Shown: positions 25,247-39,078 of the stretch, in pieces
Layout of the letters: each line of letters begins with the position of its first letter
Numbering within the stretch: position 1 is the first letter of the stretch
Notes under the pieces: generated by a model
Databases searched by the model: none
Seen by the model: only the letters and a program-made list of their open reading frames with translations
Told to the model about the DNA's origin: nothing
NCBI GenBank assembly: GCA_040954595.2
Contig: CM082577.2
Span: 3,615,703 to 3,679,702, forward strand
Reading direction: 5' to 3'
From: Balanoglossus misakiensis
Taxonomy: Eukaryota > Animalia > Hemichordata
DNA: 64,000 bases
Program-made: the position numbers and the translations under genes

Positions 25247-28200
25247 ATGAGAATGATGAAAACCCCCCTGTTGCAAATCATTTTTGTTTTTGCCACGTTT
25301 TGTCACATTTGTGCAAGCGTTGGAAATGTGGAGAAGAGGAATGTGCTGATAATCCTAGGTATTTTATGATAAATTTCACTTATATGATGACGCATAATTA
25401 TAAGATACATAGAACATGTTATCGAAGGGGTGTGTCCTCGCTTGTACTGGTGCGACTCCGTGTGTGGGCTCCAAATCACTCACCCTCCCCCGCCCTGGTG
25501 TTGGTAAACATTGGTCTGGTGGCGTGGTACGTAGAACCATGGAGACGCTATGCAAATTTATCATTATTACTCATTCATCATTTCTTCACAATAAATGAAA
25601 TTTAGGTCACAGTGGAGGATGAATCAATGGGTATTAGAAAATTTGCACAATTTAATATCTGTCGGTACAAGTGTGCAGTTTTCTGTTCCATGCATCCGTA
25701 AAGGGAGGGGTTCGTGGTTACCAAAATAAGTACAAGTGTGATTGAAAGTGAAGTTCACTGAGTGAATTGTGGAAACTGTCATGCCCTTCCGACTCCACCT
25801 GTTCATCAAGCGTCTGAGTGTGCACGCATATTTGTCCAGACGTATAACTAAAGACTGGGTCGGACCATAGCATTCGCTTGTTGTTTTTCAAACAAACAAT
25901 AAAGTGGCCTTCAGATTACAGTGCCATTTGCAGGTTTACACAATGAATGTACAATGTATTTGCATTACAGCACAGTCATGGGACTGTCACGCGCATGTTC
26001 ACTCAAACAAAAGAAATGACCCGTGCTGTTCAAAGAGGGCGTCTTTCAATGTGAGAGTTCGTTCACACAAAAGTTCACTAAATTCTATAGCACATCGGAG
26101 TTTCCTTCACAGAAAAAAATTATTGCAGTGACTGTTACAGAATTTTTTGTTTACAGTTTTATGCATGAACTAGAATACCCTAATAGTTTTAAAGTGGACT
26201 TTTATTGCAACAAAAGTACACCAAAAGTCAGTCCAGCAGAGCTGAGAGTCACAAAGAGTCTGAAATGGATGCCTATGATAGATAAAATGTAAAAAAAATA
26301 AAACAATTATGGTCTAGCTTGGTCTTTTCTCGTTTGCAGCCGACGACTACGGCTTTGAGAATCAAGTCTACAACAACTCGGTGTGCAAGACACCAAACAT
26401 CGACAATCTGGCCAAACAGAGCGTCATCTTCAAATATGGCTACACCGCCGTCAGCAGCTGTTCACCGAGTCGGTCGTCCATCCTGACTGGACTCCCGCAA
26501 CACCAGAACGGACACTACGGTCTCGCTCACACGTATCACCACTTCCAAGCCTTTGACAAAGTCAAGAGTTTGCCTGTGATACTCAAAGATCACAACATCA
26601 GGACAGGTAAGGCTCGCTTCAAGTCAGACAAAAATTAATGGTTTTGAACAATTTTTGAAATGTGATCACATTATGAAACGTATACTGGCGGTAAGACATG
26701 CTTTATCCCCTGTTGTCTTCAGTCATCTTCTGAACTGTTCTCATCTATCCACTAATCACAACTCAGAGCCAACACGCAGAAGTCGGTCAAAAACAAATTC
26801 AACCTTTCTCCATTGATGATTCTAATGTTTTCCACCATACTTAAAAACTTTCTAGTATCTCTTTCTAGTCCAGTATCAATTTACTAATTCATGTTTCTGT
26901 TTCATTGTACTTTTCCTGTTGTTTCCTTTCACCAAGTCTCAATCTCCCACCTCTCTTCTTCTGTACTGTAATACTGTATGTTGTCTTTCTTTTTCACTGT
27001 CACTTTAAATAATCACCCTCTTCAACAGGTCTTATCGGCAAAAAGCATGTGAAGCCAGACACGGTCTTCAAATTTGACTACGAGCGAACCGAGGAGAACT
27101 ACAGCATGTTGCAAGTTGCTCGCAACATCACTCACATGAAAGAATTGGTGCAAGAATTCCTTCATGCAAACGACACCAGGTACGCATCGCAGGAGGATCT
27201 CTACTTGCCTTTTTGTACATTACAATCTAAAAGTTGCATGGGTTTTGTGTATCTGCAGGTTTGATAGGAAAGAAGCATGTCAAACCAGACTCTGTGTTTA
27301 AGTTTGACTACGAGAGAACCCAGCCTTTGCTTCAGGTGGCTAGAAACATCACCAAGATGAAAGAACTTGTGCATGAATTCTTGAGTGTTAATGATTCCAG
27401 GTAGGAGTAGGTGAATATTCAGAGTGCAATGTGCGCCTGAATCTTGTCAGTGTCTGTACTGTGCTTTACCATACTGCTGATAGACTGTCCACAGCTCAGT
27501 TGCTTGTACCATTTGGCCTTTGTTTCCATATTGTTTCCATGCACATTTCACCCCTCTGGAAGGGCAGTGGATTCACCCATGAAACAAAATGCATGGGATT
27601 ATTCCATTGTGGCAATCATCAGGGGTGAAAGAGCATGAGTGTATCACACAGACATAATGATGGCTTTTTGATTTCATCTTTGACATTTTTTTCAAACTAG
27701 ACCATTCTTGCTGTACATTGGCTTCAACGATCCCCACCGCTGCACTGCTGATGCAGAACGTGGCGCATTCTGTGAGATGTTCGGCAATGGTCAGCCAGGC
27801 AAAGGAATCATCAAAGACTGGAAACCTGAATACTACAAACCCGAGGAGGTGGTTGTTCCCTACTTCATTCAAGACACTCCGGCTGCTAGAGCAGACATTG
27901 CCAAGCAGTACACCACCATCAGCAGAATGGACCAGGGTAAAGTCGAACTTTTTGTATTGTATTGTTTTTTTGTGCGTGTGGGTTACTGGTAAAGGTAAAC
28001 TTACATGAGTTACTATAGAGTTGGTAAGTCGGTAACTGACTGCAGCCTATCAGCGTATCCCGTTCTGACCTTTGCTGTGAAAAGATAGATACCATCTCTG
28101 GATACAAAACCGGAGTGTAGCTTTTAACTCTTAAACATGTGGATTTGTTATGTTTACAGGTATTGGCATATTCATGAAAGAGCTAGCAGATGCTGGATTT

Positions 28201-28962
28201 GCAGACAACACTTTGGTGATCTTCACCTCAGATAATGGCATTCCCTTCCCCAATGCGAAAACCACGTTGTATGAGAAAGGTATGGGTGAACCTTTCCTGG
28301 TGTCTTCCCCGCTGCACAAACAAAGATGGGGTCAAGAAAGTAACGACATGATTAGCACACTAGACATTGTGCCAACAGTCTTGGACTGGTACAATGTAGA
28401 ATACCCGAAGTATCAACTATTTGGAAACGACGTTAAACTGACAGGGAAATCTCTGCTTCCGTCTTTACAAAAAGAGCAAGGTTGGGACACAGTCCACGCA
28501 AGCCACGACTTCCACGAAGTGACCATGGCATATCCAATGCGCGTGGTCCGTCATAAAGACTATCGTCTGATCCACAATCTCAACCACGGCATACCATATC
28601 CAATTGCATCTGATATTGCCCTGTCGGAAACCATGCAAGATATCTTCAATCGCACACTAGCACATCAACCAACGCACTGGTTCAAAACGCTGCACCAGTA
28701 TTACTACAGGGACGAATACGAGATGTTCGACATCGTCAAAGATCCCACGGAGCTGCACAATCTTGCCAAAGATCCCAAATATTCCGATTTATTTGAGGAA
28801 CTAAAGAAGAAACTATCAGACTGGCAGTGGCAGACAGCAGATCCCTGGAGATGTTACCCAGAAGGCATCTTGCTTGACATGGGATATTTTTTTAATAATC
28901 AATCGTGTATGTCTCTGGTAAATGGACCCGAGGAGGTTGAAATCAACCTGACACAGCTGTAG
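25247..28962 (+). CDS. SGSH: SGSH-like sulfatase, copy 2, with duplicated exon 3
   Basis: Exons 25247-25358, 26340-26606, 27029-27179 (3a) or 27259-27400 (3b), 27701-27936, 28160-28962. Motifs CSPSR, GKKHV, DPHRC and SDNG are intact. Confidence 0.9.
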
Positions 28963-29457
28963 TGCGAAAATGGTACATAGTTGTACATTTTATTTCTGTG
29001 TTTGTGGCAGACAAATCTGTCAAGCCTCAACATGTCTCAGTGTCTTATGTGGTGTAAAATTAAATTTTAATGTAGTGATGTACATGTACTGTATCGATAT
29101 TTTTTTTTTACAATTCAAGAATATCATTCAACTTTGAAGTTCTGGTTCCCAGCCTAAATGGGATCTGAAATGTTAACCTGTCTACTGATTTGTGAAAAAC
29201 CTTTGTACGGTTTGTAAACATTTCGACCACGATTTTGTAGGCAAGTAGCACATTAACGGGAATAAAACTGGTTTTACTTTTAATACCACAAAGGCAAGTC
29301 GCCACTTTGCCATGTAGCCCGCCCTCACGAGCCGATAGTAACTGCTCAGTGTATAAACAATGTGTATGTTTATTCGGTAAGTTATTATCCCAAGAACAGA
29401 CAGACGTGCAGACGATACCACGCAACGGCTGCAGACGACGACCGTGGGCAATAAGGA

Positions 29458-32400
29458 ATGGCTCTCAAATTTGTCAGTGCGGTTCTTTTACTGTTTATTA
29501 CGCTCCATGTCGGCTTTGGACATGCATCGGACAAGAGAAATGTACTGATCATACTAGGTAAAATTTATCTTTTCATAATTTAGATTTTCATAAATATGCC
29601 ATAGATATCCCAGGTGTGGGTATAATACCAGAGAAGATATTGTTGCCTGTGTATTGGGGTTGTTTATAAACTGTGAAAACACTGGGTTTTTTTTCATAAT
29701 ATAATACTATACAATCTATCGGACAATTTGCGACACTGCTTTTTTTAGCCTATTTCAACAATTTTTTTGCAATATATAGGATTCTTACATTACATATTCC
29801 CAACTGCTTAAAACGCAATTTAACTGTTTTACTATTTCTTTGCTGTTGCACAATCACTGTACTGCCAGTGCGTACCCAACAAGCTGGTGCAGTAATAATC
29901 CATGTCAAAATAGAAATTACGACAACATTGAATTGTCTTTATTTATATTTCTCGCCTTCAACAAATGGCTGAGCAGCAATATCGCTGACTTTCATGGTCG
30001 TTGCCATGGAAGCATGCGATTTCAACGCAGTCGGTAATTTTTGTTTTCGGTGGTACCCCGGTGTTCTTAGGATACCCATATTCAACTGTAAGGTGTTACC
30101 CTGTTTTTTTATGACAATTTGGACACGGACGTATGTCATTTGACAGTCTCTACTCACGGTGCAACTCTTGCATCAGTGCTGCACTGATGTAACAAGCGGT
30201 TTTGTCGTTTGTTGCAGCTTGGACGGCAAAACCAGAACCAACACAAGGCAAAACCTCGAGCTATATATACTGAAGCAAGGTACCCTCGTAACCTTGTTGG
30301 GTTCACACTGGAGTCTACGCAACTACATTGTTTGAGAGCGGCCTTCGCAGCAATAAATTTATTCCAAGCCTTTTTTGAAGCGCACAATGGGGTGGTGGCA
30401 TGACGGCTAAGTCATACGACTGTCACGAGAATCAGTTTGATCATGTGAAACCATTCTCCTGAGTCCATTCCCCAAAGAAAGGCGTTTGATGAACTCACTT
30501 GTATGACAGCAGTTCACGACCCTTCATATCGAACAACAACATGGCAAACACACAAAGTTCGGTTCGTGTACCCAAGTCAAACGCAACAAAGCAGCCATAA
30601 ACCAAGGTCCCGGCGTAAACCAACCTACCGTCTGCAATACATTCAATTTTGACACTCCAGCACGGAGTAAACTATTATATGGTTAAAGTCTTGATCTTAC
30701 TGTGGAGGTCCCAGTGATATCATTAATAGCCAGGATCAAATTGATCACATTTATTCTGGCAGATTGACAATCTAATGATTAAGTTAATATTTATTTGACC
30801 TCTGGTTAAGTTCGTGACAAGTACTTGGTTGTTTAAAATATTTATGGGGTGGCCCCGACATTTATGACATTTATTACTGTCGACGCATAAAGTTTAGACG
30901 TTTAACACAGCTTTGCCGATTTTTTTTAAATTTACAGCCGACGACTATGGCTTTGAGAGTCAAGTCTACAACAACTCGGTGTGCAAGACACCAAACATCG
31001 ACAATCTGGCCAAACAGAGCGTCATCTTCAAATATGGCTACACCGCCGTCAGCAGCTGTTCACCGAGTCGGTCGTCCATCCTGACTGGACTCCCGCAACA
31101 CCAGAACGGAATCTACGGACTTGCAGGTGGAATCCATCACTTCCACGCTTTTGATGACGTCAAGAGTCTACCGTTAATACTCAAAGATAACAACATCAGG
31201 ACAGGCAAGTTTTTGTGGCCGGAAAAATAATACAGGCTACACTGCGGTTTGTTTGTAAAGATGGCTATTTTCATGAAAGACATACTTTGTGCCCAGATAG
31301 GTTTTGTAATCTAATAGTACTCCAATGGATAAATTTACAATATCCCCTACCTTTTATGTTGTTTCTCAAGTTCTTCTCTTTTTCTTCCCCAACCTCTTCC
31401 TTTCAAACTTGCATATCATTTTTCCGATTCTCTTCGGTGCAGGCTTGATTGGTAAAAAACACGTGCAGCCAGACACAGTGTTCAAATTCGACTACGAGCA
31501 AACCGAAGAGAACAACCAGATGTACCAAGTTGCTCGCAACATCACGCACATGAAAACCCTCGTCAACGAGTTCCTGCGCGCAAATGACTCCAGGTGTGTC
31601 TATTTGCATATACATGTATGTGAATATATTTGCATAGCTTGTGTCCGACATTCAGAACAAGAGCTCACCGACGAACCAGAAAACCACCTGTTGATTGGTT
31701 GAACAAGCGAATGAACAACTGTTCATAAAAAGTTGATCGCAAATGACTTATACAGGCGGACATATATAACTTGGGTCAACAGATAATGACGATGAATTTC
31801 ATACACGAATCTAACCATTTCATGTCACTTTTACCCCCGAACTAGACCCTTCTTGCTGTACATTGGCTTCAACGACCCCCACCGCTGCACTGCAGATGCA
31901 GAACGTGGCGCATTCTGTGAGATGTTCGGCAATGGTCAGCCAGGCAAAGGCATCATCAAAGACTGGAAACCGGTCTACTACAAACCCGAGGAGGTGGTTG
32001 TTCCCTACTTCATTCAAGACACTCCGGCTGCTAGAGCAGACATTGCCAAACAATACACCACCATCAGCAGAATGGACCAGGGTGAGTCATTTCATTTTAC
32101 ATCGACCAAAACTGCATTTCATTTTGTATTGACCAAAACTACAGTGACACAAATTTATTTGTGTGTTCTTGAAATATTTTCGAAGTGGAAACAGCCTCGT
32201 TGAGAGTTTAATTACATATAACCTTTCTCCGAAATTTACGCACCAACGCCCTATCCACGCTGGTTATTCAACAGCGCCTCCATAGTCCAAATGCCACAAG
32301 ACATTTGTTTTATCCATCAGTGCGGATGCGCTGCCACTTTATGGGTCGGTTTAATAACTATCACATTTTGCGCAATCTGGATTGTTTGAGATGTCAGCTT

Positions 32401-33247
32401 ATTCAAGAAAATTCATTTTTCAAAATGTGAATTGAATACAGGCATCAGTCTACTTTCATAATTTTTTTCCACAGGCATTGGCATATTCATGAAAGAGCTA
32501 GCAGATGCCGGATTTGCAGACAACACTTTGGTGATCTTCACCTCAGATAATGGCATTCCCTTCCCCAATGCAAAAACCACACTGTATGAGAAAGGTATGG
32601 GCGAACCTTTCTTGGTGTCGTCACCGCTGCACAAACAAAGATGGGGTCAAGAAAGCAACGACATGGCCAGCACACTGGACATTGTGCCAACGGTCTTGGA
32701 CTGGTACAATGTAGAATACCCGAAGTATAAACTATTTGGGAACGACGTTAAACTGACAGGGAAATCATTGCTTCCATCTTTACAAAAAGAGCAAGGTTGG
32801 GACACGGTCCATGCAAGCCACGACTTCCACGAAGTGACCATGGCGTATCCAATGCGTGTGGTCCGTCATAAAAACTACCGCCTGATCCACAATCTCAACC
32901 ATGGCATACCGTACCCCGTTGCAGCCGACATTGGCATGTCGGACACGATGCAAGACCTGATCAATCGCACTCTGGCGCACCAACCGACACATTGGTTCAA
33001 AACGCTGCACCAGTATTACTACAGAGATGAATACGAGATGTTCGACATCGTCAAAGATCCCACAGAGCTGAACAATCTTGCCAAAGATCCCAAGTATTCC
33101 GATTTATATGAGGAGCTGAAGAAGGAACTCTCAAACTGGCAGTGGCAGACAGCAGATCCTTGGAGATGTTACCCAGACGGCATTCTGCGTGATATGGGAG
33201 ATTTTTCAGGAAACCCATTATGCTTATCAGTCGCAAATAAACCATAG
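29458..33247 (+). CDS. SGSH: SGSH-like sulfatase, copy 3
   Basis: Exons 29458-29557, 30938-31204 (followed by a GC donor, gcaagt), 31443-31593, 31846-32081, 32475-33247. Catalytic motifs are intact. Confidence 0.9.
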
Positions 33248-34056
33248 AACTTCATCAACATCAGTCTTGCACACACAAATAAAGTCTTAGCTAAAAACCG
33301 ATGTGGTGAATATTTGTTGTATGTCATAGCCCCTATGTGTAGATCTTGGTGACAATGTTTCTGGTTGAAAGGAATTTCAACCCTATCAAACAAGAAACAA
33401 ATATCCCCAAGATTGAAGGGCCAGATGTTTGTCAGCTATGGTGTAACTGGTATACAAATAAGACAATTTAATAGCTTAATAAATGATTTTACTTATTATG
33501 TACAAATAGTTTCAGACTCATTTTCCACAGTGTCAAGGTGAAAAGGTAATCCACAGTGAGAAAACACTGGTGATAAAAATCCACTTTACATGCGATGACT
33601 AAAATCTACATATTCATGAATACTGGTAAGTACAAGATTGATAAATTTTAAAATAAGCACCATTAAAGGCACCATTGGGTGAAAAAGGTATGAAACCAAC
33701 CATTTACATTTTAAATACAATTTCAAGTCACTATAAATACACCAGTAAAAGAAATATTACAAAAAAATATACACAAAATAAGCAGCCTATAATTAACATC
33801 TTGTGAGAAGGAAATATTTCAGTTCATATTTTGATTTCTTTTGTGATAAATATTCAGAAAATCTTGACAGTGAAACTACGAGAAATGCATTGTCATGATT
33901 AGCAATCAAGTGTTACTATGCTTTGTGTGCATGAAGTGGTGAGGCACAAATCTGGAAATGTGGAAGGCTTGCAAAAGTAAAATGTTGATGTACAAATTAC
34001 AGACAGGAGGATAATTTACTGTAAGAACCTATTGATTATTCCATGCTGGGACAATC

Positions 34057-37000
34057 TCACGCTTTATACGGCGAGGCTGCGGGCGACATTGAAGTTCTGG
34101 AGCTGCTGACGTAACTCATGATGGCCGACTGCAACATATTGACGCGCTGGGCCTCCTCGTCCTTGATTCTTGCAATCTCGGAATCCTTCATGCGTGCCCT
34201 CTCATGCACGGCTGCCAGCTCCGCCTCCCTGGCAGACAGCGTCTCCCTGTGATACTTGGACTGTTCCGTCATCTGCTTCTCCAGACGGGAACACTTCTCC
34301 CGGAGCTCGTCCACCTCCTGGATGTCGGACTCCATCCGGGCGATCTGCTTCTGGAAGCTCAGCTTGGTCTTGGCCACCTCGGCCATCGTTTCGTTGCTCT
34401 TGCATGACAGTTCCTGAGAAAATAAAGAAGGGAAGATATTTTTGCTACAGCATGCACTGTCTATGTTATATGCAAAAAACACCTCCAAAGATGTTTCACA
34501 AACCTGATTCAAGTCTTCAATCTTTCTCTTCAGAGACTCCCCTTCCAGGGTGGCATTGCTGAATTTGGATTGAAGTTCTGCTATGGTTTGATTTTGCTGG
34601 GAGGAATGCTGTTGGATGTCGTCCTTGGCATTCTGTAGCATTCGGATCTTGTCTTCCAAGTGTTTGCTCCTTTGTTGCTGTGTGTACAATAAATGAAACA
34701 ACAGTGGTCAGTAATGTGATGCTTTACTCCACCACTGTATAACACCACTGTACATACATTTAACTGAATGACTGTACAATTAGCAATGGCGTAAGAAGTC
34801 ATTGCCTTGCATTCACCAATATCACTAACTCAGTAAGCATTTATTTGCTGACCAATACTCAAAATGGCTTGTGGCTAAAAAACTTCAATATTACAATGAA
34901 GAAGACCACTGATACACATCATACAGTGCTCAACTTGTCAACTGAGGCTGAATAGTGACAGTTGGACTACCGGTACTCAGCCAAATATAGAAAACTGCAA
35001 AGTATAATATTGTGATCATAACATGAACAAACCTCTTCTTCCTTAATCCTCTGCTTGGCTTGCAGCAAATTCTCCTCGTGTGCCATTCTTTCTGACATTT
35101 GCTGTGCTTTGATTCGACTCAGTTCCTCTTCAAGTGTCAGTCTGTGGTGTTCCAGTTTCTGAATCCTGTCCTTCAGAGCTTTCTCGGTGTCGTCGGAATC
35201 GTCTTTCATCCTCTCCAGATCTTTCTCGTGTTTCAGCTGCAGCTCTCTCTGCGTTTCCTTCATCTTCTGTTTTTCATGATTGAGTTTTTCTGAAAAAGTG
35301 TGATGGGTAAAGTATGGACTGTGTGGATTCCATGGCAGATGTGACCCCACCATCCCCATTTCCCACACAGTGGGTACCACGCTAGAATTTGCCAGAAATT
35401 CTGTTTCCACCGTGACCCAATAGGAAGTCATGTCAGAAAGGACTGAAATCATACCTTCTGCCTGAGTTGCTTTTACTTTCATTTCAGCGTTGATTTCAGT
35501 GAGATCTTCCTTCAATTCATAAATCTGATCTTTCTGCTGCTGGCATCTTCTCTCCAACTCGTCCACTTTTGTTTCTAATTTCATATTCTTCTCCTGCACT
35601 TCAGCCAGCTCTTTCAAATACTTCCCTTCAACAGAAAACCTCTCCTGATGGAAAAAGGGTAAAATGGGGAAAAAGTATGAAACATTGTACTGGTAATTAC
35701 AGCCTCAATAGTCAGAAGGAAAAAAGCCCACATGAAATATTGGTTAGAATACAGAGTTAACCTCTGACCTCTGTACAGACTCGAGAGTGAATGGGCAGAG
35801 ATCTGTCACATTTTCTCATTGAAAGAGCAGTCTAGTATTTCAAGCCTTTAAGCATCAGCATTTCAGATATTGTACCCTTCACGTCAGCTTGCATAGCAAA
35901 GCCCTAGTGATAGAGATTTCTCACACAATAAGTCCAACAAGATTAATTCTACATCTACTGTAACAGCTGTGTCCCTGCACCGTGACTGCATTACTGCTTG
36001 TTCCCAAAATCCCACACAGAAAAGACACCCAGTCTACCATGTTTTCACTGATTCACTAAAAAAACACATTGGCAAACACTCTCAACAAACGTAGTTTTGT
36101 AGAATAGCTGTATCAACTGTTGACTCCCTTCTTTGGCAAAAGCAAACCTGTTTGATCAGATGATCTCAAAGACTTCTGGTCTGCAGGCATTTTTAAATAA
36201 CTGTTTCTATGGATTGGAAAGCTTGTTCAGTACACAAAGTGACTCTTTATCAAGGGTTCAGTTCCACCACTGCAAGATTTTATTTCCATTCTTTTTGTTT
36301 TGTTTCATATGATTATGTGGTACATATATGACAAAAGAAAGGTTGAATGGATCATTTTTTAATAATTCCATGTCAAGCTGTGACAGTCTTAATCCAGATT
36401 TGCCCTAAATTTTATTTTGTATGAATACTCATTAGCTCTGCATGTACAGTACTGAGGCTTTTTACGCACTTAACATTTTGCCCTTTTATTTTAATATTTT
36501 GCAATGGGTGCTGACATTGCTGATATACCGGTAATCTAAAAATTCAAACTAGTGTGGCTCTCACGTCTTTTTCCGTTTTCATTTCCTCTTGGTGCTTAGT
36601 CACCATGTCGGCATTTTCGTTTCTTGTCTTGTTTACCATTTCTCCCAAATCACTGACTTTCTGATTGGCCAGAGCAAGACTTGCTTCAGTCATGGATAAT
36701 CTGAAGATAGAAAGAGAGATCCGATAAATATTACTGGTACATCACAAAATTTGTGTACATTGCCAGTGAGGAATGTTTTGTGACAGCCTTATGTGTTATT
36801 CTGACTGGCTATTTGACGAGAGGGTTTATTTGTTTGTTAACCTACTTAGATGCCAGTGACTTGAAGGCTGATTTTCTTTCCTCCAGTGCTTCTTGTAGCT
36901 GTCCTATTCTGTGGGCCGTGCTTCTGCTGGTTCTCGACAAGGCGTCTTGCTGATGATCTAGTCTGTCCATCAACTCTGACATCTACACAAACCAAAATGA

Positions 37001-38606
37001 CAACATTCATTGTTTCATGTATCATAAACCACTACAGTTTAAAAGAGTAACAGGTTTTATATAATACCACAGCATAGCGCAGCAGGGGAAATCACAATTC
37101 ACAATAATGTACATGTAGAATTTGGCCACAGAAAACAACAAATCCATTTTACCTGATGTCTTTTCTCGGTTTTCAGTTGCCTGATTTCCCTGCCGAGCAC
37201 CTCTTGCCTGGCCTTGTGTTCACTGGTCACTGCCTCTCTGTCCTCATTATTGGCTATTGCGACCTCTACAGCTTTGACAATATCCTGCGGTACATTATTG
37301 CCAGTCAGATCCATTCTTGTCAATGTTTTATTTTGTTGCATAGCTGTGAGTAAGGCACGTCCACCGAGTAGACCCACATTATTCCACCTCAAATCTGAAA
37401 TGGAAGAAAATCACATGATAAGGATATGGATAAAATGTGCTTCTGGTAATCTATATTGAATAGATATTTTTGGGGGTCTCTAACAATCTTCAGCATCTGC
37501 AGACACAGGGCTCACAGGGACCAGCACAGTTGTTGAGTCCATACCATAAACATAACCTTTATTTTTCAACCAATCTCCGTAATACAAAACACAAAAGATT
37601 TCCATTTTCAGAGTACATTGCACTCAAAGATAATTTTATGATTAATGATGACCTACCGAGAATCTTAAGAGTGGTGTTCCTCTGCAGAGCCACGGCCAGC
37701 TCACCGGCAGAATCGTGGTTGATCTGGTTGTTTCTGAGATCTAACACTTCGAGTGTGTTATTAGCTGCCAGGCCCTCAGCAAAGGCTGCAAAGGAGTTCT
37801 CCCACATACCGAGTGAATTCCACTCAATCACTAAGCTGGGAAGACAAAAATCACAGGGAAGCTTTATGTGTATATGCGGTCAGAAACATGCACGACACCA
37901 AAGTTTACCCAGAACTGTTGCTGTCTATATCTTTCAATAGCAAATTTCACTAAAATGCACATCAACTTTGACATGACTAGATGATAGACCCAGAGAGAGT
38001 CTTACCTACCTTTTTAAGGAATGGTTGTGTCTCAACATTTTGCCGATTGCCTCTGCTCCAGTACCACGTATATTATTCCCCTTCAAATCCAAGGTCTTAG
38101 CTGCCACGTTAGACGACATTCCGTATGCTATAAGCCTGATACCTATAAAAAGCAGACAATCAACTCAAGTTGAGTTCTATTGGAGTACATTTTTAACCAC
38201 ATCAGGCACATATGGGGTACATATAAATTGAAATTAACTCAATGTATGTATTTTCTTATACCCAGAAGTGTGGTTGACAACTGAAAGGCAGGTGAGATTA
38301 GCGGATGATGATCTAAAATAATTAGCTTATTAAAGGGATGTAAAACATAACAAGAGAGAATCCAATACCTTCATCGCCAATCATGCAATCTGATAAATTC
38401 ACTTCAACAAATAATCTATCAGCTGACAGGGCTTTGCCCAGCACAGCACATGTCTCTGTTGATAAGCTTGTGGTTGATAAGTCGAGGCGTGCTCTTGAAG
38501 ATCCTGGACTGTGCCTTGAAGTTCGCAAAAGTTCCACCACAGATTCTTGTGGTTCTATGTGATTGTCCTTGCACAGGCGTAGATATGTAGCTTTGAATTC
38601 ATCCAT
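34057..38606 (-). CDS. LRRC45: Leucine-rich repeat-containing protein 45 (centrosome linker; LRR plus coiled coil)
   Basis: Starts [23 protein letters not shown]; LRRs ([33 protein letters not shown]) are followed by a long coiled coil. Exons approx. 38606-38369, 38142-38010, 37835-37657, 37394-37153, 36982-36846, 36700-36565, 35644-35455, 35289-35033, 34677-34504, 34413-34057. Confidence 0.88.
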
Positions 38607-39046
38607 GCTTTTTTTGAAGCTAGGCTAAAAGGAAAGAAGAAAAATCAAGAGCTGCTTTGATTGGGAATATTTCATGTTAATGAAACGAGAGTCACTAGAA
38701 ACATCACGCAAAATATTCTATGATTTCTGAAACTATCCCTTCTGAAATGATGATTTTGATGATTTATCACAGGCAAACTTGACCTCATCAATACACAGTT
38801 TACCTCAATGCAAAATGGCCATCTATTTCAAATTCAGCCACTGTGATTAGTTCACAAGTGTGTGAAATAGCCACGTAGTCGGGCAGGGGGTCCATTCAAT
38901 CTCGGCCTTCAAATAATACACTTGGGATTCCAAAGGCTTTTTTGGATATGTGCCAATAATTTGGAGGGGTGCTTTATGGCAGCACCCATTGAGTCTATGG
39001 TGGCATTTTCTATACTGCACCTGGCAGCTCCTTCAAACGTGTATAC

Positions 39047-39078
39047 CACGGTCACTCCACCTTAATGGAGTGACCGTG
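39047..39078. repeat. Hairpin with a perfect 13-bp stem (micro-MITE-like)
   Basis: CACGGTCACTCCA-ccttaa-TGGAGTGACCGTG; flanks tgtatac and tatagac match at 5/7. Confidence 0.55.

Noticed and set aside
30150-30560. Possible LINE 3' remnant in intron 1 of SGSH copy 3
   Set aside because: Only a faint FKKGL-like resemblance; no supportable RT or endonuclease motifs.
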